Shown: positions 1-14,129, counted from the first letter of the stretch. The stretch: DNA of 64,000 nt from an uncultured Alphaproteobacteria bacterium (GCA_963846345.1 CAWJVP010000004.1:311848-375847); one strand, 5' to 3'. Program-made: numbers and translations. The notes: generated from the letters alone by a model not told the origin.

Positions 1-743
1 CGGCCCAGCTCGTCATGGAAGTGGGACCGAAGACGGTGGCCGAAACCGCGCAACGGCTCGGCATCAAGTCTGCGCTGGAGAAGAACGCCTCGATCGCGCT
101 TGGAACCTCGGAAGTCACGCTTACCGAACTGACGGCCGCCTATGCGCCGTTTTCCAATGGCGGATATGCCGTGACGCCCTGGCTGGTGCGGCGCGTGACC
201 TCGATAAACGGGGACATTCTCTACGAGCGCAACGACGCGCCGCAGCCAAGGGTCGTCGGCTCGCGCGAACTCGGCATGATGAATGCGATGCTTCGCTCCG
301 TATTGACGGAAGGTACCGGACGGGCGGCGGCGGTCGAGGGCTGGGACATTGCGGGCAAGACCGGAACCACGGACAATTCGCGCGATGCGCTCTTTGCCGG
401 ATATTCGTCGAATCTGGTGACAGGGGTCTGGTTCGGCAATGATGGCGGCGAACCGATGAAGAAAGTCACCGGCGGAACGCTTCCCGCCGAGACTTTCCGC
501 AAATTCATGACGGCCGCGCACAAGGGCGTTCCGCCAGCCCCGCTTCCGGGTGTCTACGACCCTGAACCGCGGGAGCTTCCCGCGCCCGCCGAACCCGGCG
601 ACATGCCATTCGCGGAGGGGCGGGTCGAAGGCATGGCCGGTGGAACGGCGCCACGTCCCGCTGCCGAAGTCGGCGCCAATACAGGGGAGCGCCGCAAGCC
701 GCGAAACATCTTCGAGCTGATATTCGGGAAAAAACCCGGCTGA
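1..743 (+). CDS. Class A penicillin-binding protein (PBP1A family), C-terminal transpeptidase end; 5' part lies outside the window
   Basis: ORF 15..743, with the frame open back to the window edge. GTSEVTLTELTAAYAPFSNGG and IAGKTGTTDNSRDALFAGYSS (KTG motif) are typical of the PBP transpeptidase domain. Pro/Ala-rich tail. Confidence 0.85.
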   Translation, partial: AQLVMEVGPKTVAETAQRLGIKSALEKNASIALGTSEVTLTELTAAYAPFSNGGYAVTPWLVRRVTSINGDILYERNDAPQPRVVGSRELGMMNAMLRSVLTEGTGRAAAVEGWDIAGKTGTTDNSRDALFAGYSSNLVTGVWFGNDGGEPMKKVTGGTLPAETFRKFMTAAHKGVPPAPLPGVYDPEPRELPAPAEPGDMPFAEGRVEGMAGGTAPRPAAEVGANTGERRKPRNIFELIFGKKPG

Positions 744-768
744 CGCGGCAAGGCGCCAGCCCGGGGGA

Positions 769-1230
769 TCACGCCTTCTCGGTCAACTCGGGAATGCGCA
801 GGATCTGTCCGGGATAGATCTTGTCCGGATCCTTGAGCATCGGCTTGTTGGCCTCGAAGATCACGGTGTGCTTGGTGCCCTTGCCCTTGCCGTAGTGCTT
901 TTCAGCGATCTTCCACAGATTGTCGCCCTTCTTCACTTCGTAGAAGACGGGGTCCTTGGCGGGCGCGGCTGCAACCTGCACGCCGCCGGCATCGACCTTC
1001 GAAATGCCGAGCGTGTTGCCGACGGCAATGACGGCCTTTTCGAACGCAGCCTGGTCGGCGACTTCACCCTTGATCACGGCCGTGTCGCCCTTGACCTCGA
1101 TCTCGACCTTGTCGGTGCCGAGCTTGTGGCTGTCCAGTTCCTTCTTCAGCGAATCGGCCGTTGGCGGCGTCTCGTCATCGCCGATGCCGAGCTTCTTGCC
1201 GACGGATTTCACGAAATCGAAAATGCCCAC
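769..1230 (-). CDS. BON + LysM domain protein (YgaU/Kbp-like peptidoglycan-binding protein)
   Basis: ORF 769..1263. Likely GTG start at 1230, preceded by GGAGG. N-terminus GIFDFVKSVGKKLG; C-terminal LysM YEVKKGDNLWKIAEKHYG...IYPGQILRIP. Confidence 0.85.
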   Translation of the reverse strand: MGIFDFVKSVGKKLGIGDDETPPTADSLKKELDSHKLGTDKVEIEVKGDTAVIKGEVADQAAFEKAVIAVGNTLGISKVDAGGVQVAAAPAKDPVFYEVKKGDNLWKIAEKHYGKGKGTKHTVIFEANKPMLKDPDKIYPGQILRIPELTEKA

Positions 1231-1339
1231 GTAAACCTCCATGGTTGTGCGTTCGCCGGGCACATTACATCAGGGCAGTGCATCGGCAAGGCAAAACTGC
1301 CCCGCCTTGCGCCAAATCGGCGGGCCCGGAAAACCGGCG

Positions 1340-3000
<1,661 letters not shown>

Positions 3001-3145
3001 GATCCGCTCCTCCCCGGCTCCGGCCGGCGCAATCGAATACGTATGAGATGGTATGGTGCCGCGAGCGGACCGTCCTTGGCGACTATAGATCGCAAAGTCG
3101 ATGACAAGGTGCATGGAACAAAATGATGAATAATTTCAATTGTTT

Positions 3146-3182
3146 AATCGATTTAAAAAATTTAAAACGATTGAATCGGTTT
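3146..3182. promoter_or_regulatory. Operator-like palindromes in an AT-rich island of the pckA/chvI divergent intergenic region
   Basis: Perfect 8-bp palindrome AATCGATT at 3146..3153 and imperfect palindrome AAACGATTGAATCGGTTT at 3165..3182, plus a further ACGATTC at 3183..3189. The surrounding 3115..3195 is far more AT-rich than the rest of the window. Confidence 0.3.
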
Positions 3183-3396
3183 ACGATTCACCAGATGCTC
3201 TGCGGCAACCGGAATGGATATCAATCCTTTGCCGCAACACGGCGGTGTTGTGGCGACGCCATGGCTTCGGGCTATCCTGCAGGCCACATTTTGCTGCGCC
3301 ATATTCGTGACGCACATTTGCCCTGCAACGCCTTTCCGGACCTGGTCCGGCTGGATCGAGCGGAAAGGACTGCAAATGGCCAGGGAGACCTCAAGC

Positions 3397-4113
3397 ATGC
3401 CGACGATCGCGCTTGTCGACGACGACCGCAACATCCTGACCTCGGTGTCGATCGCGCTGGAAGCGGAAGGCTACAAGCGTCGAGACCTATACCGACGGCG
3501 CCTCGGCGCTGGACGGCCTTGCAGGCGCGCCCGCCCGATCTGGCGATCTTCGACATCAAGATGCCGCGCATGGACGGCATGGAGCTGTTGCGGCGCCTGC
3601 GCCAGAAATCGCGATCTGCCGGTGATCTTCCTCACCTCCAAGGACGACGAGATCGACGAGTTGTTCGGCCTCAAGATGGGCGCCGACGATTTCATCCGCA
3701 AGCCGTTCTCGCAGCGCCTGCTGGTCGAGCGCGTCAAGGCCGTGCTGCGCCGCGTCGGCGCCGCGAGGTCGAGCCGGGCGCCAAGCCCGGAACCGGCGAC
3801 GGAAGCCAAGCACGCTGGAGCGCGGCCACCTGGTGATGGACCAGGAGCGCCACACCTGCACCTGGAAGGGCAAGCCGGTGACGCTGACCGTCACCGAGTT
3901 CCTGATCCTGCTATGCGCTGGCGCAGCGTCCGGGCGTGGTGAAGAGCCGCGACGCGCTGATGGATGCGGCCTATGACGATCAGGTCTATGTCGACGACCG
4001 CACCATCGACAGCCACATCAAGCGGCTGCGCAAGAAGTTCAAGGTCGGTCGACGACGATTTCGAGATGATCGAAACGCTCTACGGCGTCGGCTACCGCTT
4101 CAAGGAGGCCTGA
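3397..4113 (+). pseudogene. chvI: OmpR-family response regulator ChvI; at least 3 frame breaks as sequenced
   Basis: [27 protein letters not shown] and [46 protein letters not shown] (frame of 3214..3942). [26 protein letters not shown] (3123..3836). End [14 protein letters not shown] at 4111..4113. Position next to pckA and chvG. Confidence 0.9.
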
Positions 4114-4241
4114 CGGGCCTCGCGGCGGACAAGGCGAGCGGCACCTGCCGCGGCAGCCGGCAAGGACATGGCAGGCAATCGGAAGCATGGCCAGCACGCT
4201 GGAACTCAGGCGCCGGCCGCCGAGATCGCCGACGACGGCGC

Positions 4242-6045
4242 ATGGACGCCGTGCGGAAGCGCCGGCGGAGCGCTCCGGTGATTGTCGCCTTCACGCCAAG
4301 CCGAAGCCGGCGGGCCGGCAGGGCGAAGCCTGCGCGCGCCTTCAGGTCGCTGCGCACTCTTCTTCTCAGCCTGACCCGGCGCATCCTCGTTCTCAACCTC
4401 GCCGCGCTCGCGGTGCTGCTTTCCGGCATTCTCTATCTCAACCAGTTCCGCGAAGGACTGATCGACGCGCGCGTCGAGAGCCTGCTGACCCAGGGCGAGA
4501 TCATCGCCGGCGCAATCGCCGCCTCGGCCACGGTCGACACCAATTCCATCACCATCGATCCGGAAAAGCTGCTGGAACTGCAGGCCGGCGAAAGCATTTC
4601 GCCCACCGTACGACACGCTGGAGACGCTGGAATCTCCGATCAATCCCGAGCTGGTCGCGCCCGCTGCTGCGCCGCCTGATCTCGCCGACCCGCACCCGCG
4701 CTCGCATCTATGACCGCGACGGCATCCTGATGCTCGATTCGCGCCATCTCTATTCGGGCGGCCAGATCCTGCGCTTCGACCTGCCGCCGCTCAAGACCAA
4801 CGAAGACAGGCATGATCGACGCGCATCGGCCGGCTCGTTGAACAAATGGCTGCAGCGCGCGCGACCTGCCGCTCTACAAGGAACTTTCCGGCGCGACGGC
4901 ACCGCCTATCCGGAAGTGATGTACCGCGCTGACCGGCGCGCCCGCCACCGTGGTGCGGATGACCGACCAGCGGCGAACTGATCGTCTCGGTCGCGGTGCC
5001 GGTCCAGCGCTACCGCGCCGTGCTCGGCGTCGCTGCTGCTTTCGACGCAGGGCGGCGACATCGACCGCATCGTCGCGGCCGAGCGGCTGGCGATCCTGCG
5101 CGTCTTCCTCGTCGCTGCCATCGTGACGACGGTGCTTGTCGATGCTGCTCGCCAGCACCATCGCCAATCCGCTGCGCCGGCTCGCCGAGGCCGCCGTCCG
5201 GGTGCGGCGCGGCGTCAAGGCCCGCGAGGAGATTCCGGACTTCTCCGACCGCGCAGCGACGAGATCGGCGATCTTTCGCAGTCGCTGCGCGACATGACCA
5301 ACGCGCTCTACGCCCGCATCGAGGCGATCGAGAGCTTTGCCGCCGATGTCAGCCATGAGCTGAAGAACCCGCTGACCTCGCTGCGCAGCGCGGTCGAGAC
5401 GCTGCCGCTCGCCAAGACCGAGAAGTCCAACGCAAGCGGCTGATGGACATCATCCAGCACGACGTCCGCCGCCTCGACCGGCTGATCACCGACATTTCCG
5501 ACGCCTCGCGCCTCGATGCCGAACTGGCGCGCGAGGATGCCGCGCGCGATCGACCTCGCCAAGCTGCTCGAGAATGTCGTGGACATGCGCCAGGATCGTG
5601 CCGCAGCACGCGAAGAACGTCGACGCTGAAGCTGGACAATCGCCCGGCGCAGGTCGCGGCGCGGCGGCTATCCGGATCATCGGCCATGACAGCCGGCATC
5701 GGCCAGGTCATCAACAACCTGATCGACAATGCCCGCTCCTTCGTGCCGGACGGCGACGGGCGCATCGAGATCAGCCTGTCGCGTGCCGGCAGGCACGGAT
5801 CGAGATCGTCGGTCGAGGACAACGGCCCCGGCATCCGCGCCGAGAACATCGAGCGCATCTTCGAGCGCTTCTACACCGACCGGCCCGAACGAAGGCTTCG
5901 GCCAGAATTCCGGCCTCGGCCTGTCGATCTCGCGCCAGATCATCGAGGCGCATGGCGGCACGCTGACCGCCGAGAACCGCATGCGGCCGGCGCACGCGGG
6001 CGCGCGGTTCACCGTGCGCCTGCCGGCAGCGTGCCGGCAAAGTGA
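4242..6045 (+). pseudogene. chvG: Sensor histidine kinase ChvG/ExoS; many frame breaks as sequenced
   Basis: [50 protein letters not shown] (3936..4679), RIYDRDGILMLDSRHLYSGGQILRFDLPP (4187..4981), H-box FAADVSHELKNPLTSLRSAVETL (5123..5443), G-box NSGLGLSISRQIIEAHGGTLTAEN (5729..6064). Start and end are approximate. Confidence 0.85.
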
Positions 6046-6500
6046 GCCAGCCGCGCGCCCCTAACCGCCATTGCTGCGTCGTTGAGATCGGCGGGGCCGG
6101 GCGTGATGATCGAGGGGCCTTCGGGCGCGGGCAAGACATCGCTGGCGCTCGGCCTCGTCGATGCGGCTGCCCGGCGCGGCATCGCGGCGAATTTCGTCGC
6201 CGACGATCAGGCCATTGTCGAGCGGCGCGGCGCATGGCGTCATCGGCCAGCGCACCGCAGACCATCGCCGGCCTTGCCGAGATCCGCGGACACGGCATCG
6301 TGCCCGTCGCGCACAAGCCGTCCTGCGCGCGTTGCATTGGTTGTCGCGCCTCGTCGCCGATCGAAACCGTCGGGCGGATGCCTGGCGACAAGACCGCCAC
6401 GGTCGAGGGTATCGAATTGCCGCTGGTTGAAGTCCCGGTGCGGCATGAAGCGCAGGCCGTTCGAATCGTACTGGCAAGCCTGCATATCTCGGTGGTATAG
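6042..6500 (+). pseudogene. hprK: Short alphaproteobacterial HPr kinase/phosphorylase; frame broken as sequenced
   Basis: GTG 6042 overlaps the chvG end. Walker A GVMIEGPSGAGKTSLALGLVD (frame of 6082..7095). IAGLAEIRGHGIV and VEGIELPLVEVPV (6042..6500). Confidence 0.8.
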
Positions 6501-6655
6501 ACCGCCGCCTATGCTAGGAGACTGCCGCTTGAACCGTTCATCTTTCGCCGCCATCTGTGCGGCCGGCCGAAGCCGGCGGCGCGGCGGGAGCCTGCAAGAC
6601 CCCATACCGGCGCCGCGACATGCGGAAAGCCGGTTCGTGAAAACCGGGAATCTCG

Positions 6656-7061
6656 ATGATCGGACTTGTGCTTGTCACCCATGGCCAGCTCGCCGACGAG
6701 TTCCGGCTGGCCCTGGAACATGTCGTCGGACCGCAGCAGGCGATCGAGACAATCTCGATCGGTCCGGACGACGACATGGAGCAACGGCGGCAGGACATTC
6801 TCGATGCCGTTGCGCAAGGTCAATGACGGCGCACGGCGTGATCATCCTGACCGACATGTTCGGCGGCACGCCGTCCAACCTCGCCATTTCGGTGATGAAG
6901 GCCGGCGAAGTCGAGGTCCTGGCCGGCGTCAACCTGCCGATGCTGATCAAGCTCGCCAGCGTGCGCGGCGAGGACGACATGGAGCGCGCGCTCGATTGCG
7001 CCCAGGAAGTCGGGCCGCAAATACATCAACGTCGCCAGCCAGCTGCTGCAGGGGCAGATAG
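6656..7061 (+). pseudogene. PTS EIIA component, mannose/fructose family (PTS-Ntr type); frame broken as sequenced
   Basis: Hand translation from ATG 6656 gives MIGLVLVTHGQLADEFRLALEHVVGPQQAIETISIGPDDDMEQRRQDILDAV. VIILTDMFGGTPSNLAISVMKAGEVEVLAGVNLPMLIKLASVR lies in the frame of 6082..7095. The 3' end is uncertain. Confidence 0.75.
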
Positions 7062-7068
7062 ACGACAC

Positions 7069-7352
7069 ATGTCCGACGTCGGTCCGCGTGCCTGAAGATC
7101 ATCCAACAAGCGCGGCCTGCATGCCCGGGCCTCGGCCAAGTTCGTGCAATGCGTCGAGCAGTTCGACGCCGACATCACGCGTCAGCAAGGACGGCCACGA
7201 TCGTCGGCGGCACCTCGATCATGGGCCTGATGATGCTCGCCGCCGGCAACGGCAGCGACATCCACGTGAGCGCCAGCGGACCCCAGGCGCGGGCAGGCGC
7301 TCGACGCGCTCGAGGCTCTGATCTGACCGACAAGTTCGGCGAAGGCGAATAG
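7069..7352 (+). pseudogene. HPr/NPr phosphocarrier protein; frame broken as sequenced
   Basis: Hand-read NKRGLHARASAKFVQCVEQFDADIT (active-site His context GLHAR). TSIMGLMMLAAGNGSDIHVSASGPQA...DKFGEGE in 7149..7352. Confidence 0.75.
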
Positions 7353-7371
7353 CCGCACATACTCGGCATAA

Positions 7372-8999
<1,628 letters not shown>

Positions 9000-9235
9000 G
9001 CCCCAAACAACTGTTCGGCGATTCGGGTTTTGGCTACAGTCGGCACGAATCAAGAGCAGAAGTCCCGGCCCCGAAGGGGTACGAAACGGGCGCACAGGCA
9101 GGGCGGTTGCCGCAGGTCGGACCGGCTGTGAAACACAGCTTGAAGGCGTGCGGCTTGCGTTGACCGCGCGCTGTCGGGCAGCCATTCGGGTTGCGGGACG
9201 CGCGCCTGGTAATCGTGCGGCAAGGGGACCAGGAC

Positions 9236-11769
9236 ATGCCCGGGCACATGCCCTCAAACGAACCGGCGGCGAACCGGAAAATGCAGACCGGCCAAGGCGG
9301 GCGTCCCCGTCCGTCGCTTGGGCGCCTGCCTGCCTTGCTGAGGGCCGTTGCCCCGGCCGCACTGCTTTCGCATCCGGGAATTGCACACGCGGTCGAACCG
9401 GGCAGCGGCCAGTTCGCCTTTTCATCGACCGACGTGATGCTGCTCGCCGTCTTTGGCGGCGCCATGAGTTTTGCCATCCTGTCGGCGACCTGGCTCATCC
9501 GCGAGCGCGGCCGCATGACCGGCGAGAACCAGGCGCTGAAGTCGCGCATCGCGGACCTGCGCGCCTCGCACGAACGGCTGGACGCACTGACCAATGCGGG
9601 CGACCAGCGGATCGTCGTGTGGAACGGCGCCGACGATCGCCCGGCGATCCTCGGCAAGCTGTCGAAATCGTGCGGAGCGCCTTCGGAGCGGGCTGCATTC
9701 CTTGCCTTCGGGCGTTGGCTCACGCCCGATTCGGCGATCAGCTTCGAGGGCGCGCTGAAACGGCTGCGCCAGAACGCTGAAGCCTTCGACCTGCCGCTGA
9801 CGACCAAGAGCGGCGTCCTCGAGGCGCAAGGGCGCACTTCCGGCAGCCATGCCTTCGTGCGCTTCATCGAGCTTTCCGGCGAGCGCTCGGCACTGGCCCG
9901 GCTGGAAGCCGAGCATGCCCGGTTGATGTCGACCTTCGACACCATCCAGCTGCTGTTCGAGAAACTGCCGATGCCGGTGTGGCTGCGCGATGCGGGCGGC
10001 GAATTGTTCTGGGTCAACAAGGCCTATTCAAAGGCGGTGGATTGCGACGATGGCGAGCAGGCGGTGGACAACCGCGCGCAGCTTCTCGACAGTTCGGAAC
10101 GCAACGAAGTCGCACGCAGGCAGCGCGAGGAAGGCCATTTCGCGGGGGCGCTTCCCGCCATCATGGCAGGCGACCGGCGCATCGTCGACATAACCGAGGT
10201 GCGGACGGCGGCCGGATATGCAGGCATCGCCGTCGACCGCAACGAGATCGAGGCCGCCCGCGCCACGCTCAAGCAGACGATCGCCTCGCACGCCCAGACG
10301 CTGGACCAACTGGCGACCGCGGTGGCCATGTTCGGCAAGGACCGGCGGCTGCAATTCTACAATTCCAGCTTCCAGAAGCTGTTCGGCCTGTCGCAAGCCT
10401 TTCTCGACAGCGAACCCGACAATGCGCAGGTGCTCGACGCCTTCCGCGCCGAAGGCAAGCTGCCGGAGGTTCCGGACTGGCGCAAGTGGCGCGAGGGGCA
10501 GCTCGAGATCTACAAGGCCGTCGATTCGCGCGAGGACTGGTGGCACATGCCCGACGGGCGCACGCTGCGCGTCATCGCCAACCCGCACAACCAGGGCGGC
10601 GCGACCTGGGTCTTCGAGAACGTGACCGAGCAGATCGAACTGCGCACCAGCTACAATTCGCTGATCCAGATCCAGGGCGAGACGCTGGACAATCTGAGCG
10701 AGGCGGTGGCCGTGTTCGGATCCGACGGCAGGCTGAAGCTCTCCAACCCGGCATTCGCTTCGATCTGGAATATCGAGGAGGGGCGGCTTGAAAGCGGCGC
10801 GCATATTTCCGCCCTTGCCCGCACATTGCAGGACCGGCTCGCCGATCTTGAAGCCTGGGAGCCGATCGCGCAGGGCATTACCGGTTTCGACGACATGCGC
10901 GGCGACCTGTCGGGCAGGCTGGACATGGCCGACGGCAAGATCGTCGACTACACGCTGGTGCGCCTGCCCGAAGGCCAGACCATGCTGGCGGCTGTGGACG
11001 TGACGGCGGCGGTCAATGTCGAGCGCGCCCTCGTCGGAACGCAACGAGGCGCTGGAACAGGCCGACAAGCTGAAGAACCGCTTCCTGCAGCATGTTTCCT
11101 ACGAATTGCGCGTTCCGCTCACCTCCATTTCCGGATTTGCCGAACTGGTCGCAATGCCGGAAATCGGCAAGCTCAACGGCAAGCAGATGGAGTATGTCGA
11201 CCACATCACCACGTCGGCGGACCTTCTGAAGAACATCATCGACGACATCCTTGACCTTGCGACCATCGATGCCGGCGCGATGACGCTGGATTTCGAGCCG
11301 CTCGACCTTGGCGAGATCGTGGAGGTCCTGCCGCGCCGACTTTGCCGGTCCCATGGCGATGCGCGGGATCAGCCTGCAATCGCCGTCGAGGAAGGCCGGC
11401 ATTCCCATGGTCGGCGACAAGCGGCGGGTCCGCCAGATCCTGCTGAACCTCCTGTCGAACGCGATTCGCCATTCGCCGGACGGCGGCAAGGTGACGGTAA
11501 GCGCGGAACCTTCCGGCAATTCGCTGGAAGTGGCGGTAGCGGACGAGGGACCGGGCGTGCCGGAGGAATTTCGCGGCAGCGTGTTCGAGCGCTTCGAGGG
11601 CCGCAACAGCGGCGACAGCAGGCGCGGCGCGGGCCTGGGGCTTTCCGTGGTCAAGAGTTTCGTCGAACTGCACGGGGGCAGCGTCCATGTCGAGAACGCG
11701 GGAAGCCGCGGCGCGCGCTTCGTGTGCCGCTTCCCGCTGCCGCAGGCCTTCGACCGCTCCGCGGCGTAA
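9236..11769 (+). pseudogene. divL: DivL-type PAS sensor kinase (Tyr in place of the phospho-accepting His); two frame breaks near the 3' third as sequenced
   Basis: The N-terminal TM plus PAS repeats are intact in ORF 9191..11254. DHp/CA lie in two other frames (11016..11792, 11308..11769). The H-box reads FLQHVSYELRVPLTSISGF, with the Tyr codon at 11100..11102. N-box RQILLNLLSNAIRHSP; G-box GAGLGLSVVKSFVELHGG. Position next to ahcY. Confidence 0.75.
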
Positions 11770-11779
11770 GGGCGCGCCC

Positions 11780-13304
11780 ATGGGAAGCATGACGCGGAAA
11801 CTGCCCGGCGAGGCCGACACGATCCTCTTGGCGCAGGACATCGCCATGGCGCTGCGACCGGGCGACACCGTGGCGCTTGCAGGCGATCTGGGCGCAGGCA
11901 AATCGACGCTGGCGCGGGCGATGATCCGCGCGCTGGCGGGCGATCCGGAACTGGAAGTGCCGAGCCCGACCTATACGCTTTGCCAGCGCTACGAACTCGT
12001 CTTTCCGGTTTCGCATTTCGACCTCTACCGGATCTGCCGGCGAAGCAGAGATGGCGGAACTGGGTTTCGACGAAGCCATCGAGACCGGTGCGGCGCTGGT
12101 CGAGTGGCCGCGATCGCGCAGCCGGCGCGATACCGAACGACAGCCTGCGCATCGAACTGACCATGGGCGCGGACGGCGGACGCGAGGCGCATGTCAGCGG
12201 CGGCGGGAACTGGCGAAGGCAGCCTGTCGGCGCGGCTGGCGCGAAGCCTGCGCATCCGCGATTTCCTTGACCGGAACTGGAGTGCCGGGCGCCGAGCGAC
12301 GCTTCCTGCAGGGCGACGCCTCGTCGCGAAGGTACGAGACCGCCCATCGTGACGGCGAGGTCCGCATCGTGATGGATGCGCCGCGCCGCCCTGACGGTCC
12401 CCCGATCCGCGACGGCAAGCCCTACAGCAGGATCGCGCATCTTGCCGAAGACGTGGTGCCATTCGTGGCAGTGGCCGAGACCTTGCGCGGCGCAGGCCTT
12501 GCGGCCCCGCAAATCCACGCGCGCGATGTTTCGGACGGCCTGTTGCTGATCGAACATCTGGGCGACGGGCGCATCGTCGATGCGCAGAACCGGCCGGTGC
12601 GCGAGCGCTATCTCGAAGCGGCGAGGCTGCTTGCCTGGTTCCACCGGCATGAATGGCCGGCGGTCATGGAAGTCGATACGGGGGCCGGCAAGGCGGTGCA
12701 CCACGTGCCGCCCTACGACCGCGATGCGCTGATGATCGAGGCAAGCCTTCTGGCCGACTGGTATGCGCCCCGCGAATGCGGCCGGCCGCTGACAACGGCC
12801 GAGCGCGCGGATTTCGACGGCATCTGGGAACAACTCATCACGAGCATCGAAGGCTCTATGCCGACCCTCGTCATGCGCGACTATCACTCGCCAAACCTGA
12901 TATGGCGCGAGGGCCAGCCGTTTCCGCGCAACCTCGGGCTCATCGACTTCCAGGATGCGGTCATCGGTCCGCAGGCCTATGATCTCGCCTCGGTCGGGCA
13001 GGATGCCCGCATCGATGTGCCGCAGGCCCTGGAGGCCGACATGCTGGCACTCTACCTGTCCGAGCGAAAGCGCGACGCCGGCTTCGACGAAACGGCATTC
13101 CTGCGCGACTACGCCATCCTGGCGGCGCACAGGGCGACCAAGATCCTGGGCATTTTCGTGCGGCTGGACCAACGCGACGGCAAGCCTGCCTATCTCAAGC
13201 ACCTGCCGCGCATGCGCGGCTATCTCGCCAGGAACCTGAAGCATCCGGCCTTGGCTGCGTATGGCAAATGGTGCGCAGCCGTCACCGGCCTTGAAGCGTC
13301 ATGA
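11780..13304 (+). pseudogene. tsaE: TsaE (t6A ATPase) fused to an APH-fold sugar/aminoglycoside-type phosphotransferase (AmgK-like); the TsaE part is frame-broken as sequenced
   Basis: TsaE Walker A GDLGAGKSTLARAMIRAL, SPTYTL and HFDLYRI (11687..12160). ELGFDEAIETGAALVEWP and the kinase core RDYHSPNLIWREGQPFPRNLGLIDFQDAVIGPQAYDLASV in 12051..13304. No credible stop or restart between the two halves when frames are followed. Confidence 0.7.
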
Positions 13305-13341
13305 AGTTGTAAAAGTCCGCGGGCTAGAGCCGTTCGAACCA

Positions 13342-14103
13342 ATGATCAACAGACTCCACACGATCCGCTTCACCCAACCGGCCGCCACGCCGCCGCAGAC
13401 CGCCATGGTGCTTGCGGCGGGGCTGGGCAAGCGCATGCTGCCGATCACCGAGAAGATGCCGAAGCCGCTGGTGCGGGTCCATGGCAAGACGCTGATCGAC
13501 CATTCGCTCGACGCGCTGGCCGCCGCGGGCGTGAAGCAGGCGGTGGTCAATGTGCATCACCATGCCGACCAGCTCGAAAGCCATCTTGCCGGGCGAAGCA
13601 ATCCGAGAATCGTCATTTCCGACGAACGCGGCGCGCTGCTCGAATCGGGCGGCGGCGTCGCCAAGGCCCTGCCGCTGATCGGGTCCGATCCGTTCTACAT
13701 CCTCAACGCCGACACCTTTTGGGTCGAAGGCTACCGGCCGAACCTTATGCACCTTGCCGAACAGTGGGACGGCGAGCGCATGGACATGCTGCTGCTGCTT
13801 GCTTCGACGCCCATGGCGGTGGGCTATGGCGGGACAGGCGACTTCACCATGGACAGCGACGGAAGGCTGGCGCGCCGCAAGGAGAGGCAGGTCGCGCCAT
13901 TTGCCTATGCCGGCGCGGCGATCGCCAATCCCGGCATTTTCACCGCCCTGCCGGACGGGCCGTTCTCGCTCAACATCCTCTTTGACCGCGCGATCGAGGC
14001 CGGCCGCCTGTTTGGAATTCGCCTCGATGGGCTATGGTTGCACGTGGGCACGCCCGATTCGATTGCCGAGGCCGAGGAAGCGATAGCCCGCAGCACCGCC
14101 TGA
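13342..14103 (+). CDS. Nucleotidyltransferase, MurU-like (N-acetylmuramate-1-phosphate uridylyltransferase family)
   Basis: ORF 13261..14103, intact. NTP-transferase loop MVLAAGLGKRMLPITEKMPKPLVRVHGKTLIDH. Directly follows the AmgK-like kinase. Confidence 0.75.
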   Translation: MINRLHTIRFTQPAATPPQTAMVLAAGLGKRMLPITEKMPKPLVRVHGKTLIDHSLDALAAAGVKQAVVNVHHHADQLESHLAGRSNPRIVISDERGALLESGGGVAKALPLIGSDPFYILNADTFWVEGYRPNLMHLAEQWDGERMDMLLLLASTPMAVGYGGTGDFTMDSDGRLARRKERQVAPFAYAGAAIANPGIFTALPDGPFSLNILFDRAIEAGRLFGIRLDGLWLHVGTPDSIAEAEEAIARSTA

Positions 14104-14129
14104 TCGCGCCAGCCGGCGCGTGACGGCCG

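Noticed and set aside
11013-13244. 743-aa minus-strand ORF, the longest ORF in this part of the track
   Set aside because: It is antisense to divL, tsaE and the kinase gene, which carry clear motifs on the plus strand. The product is Arg/Ala/Pro/Gly-rich low complexity with no recognisable domain. This is the typical spurious antisense ORF of high-GC DNA.
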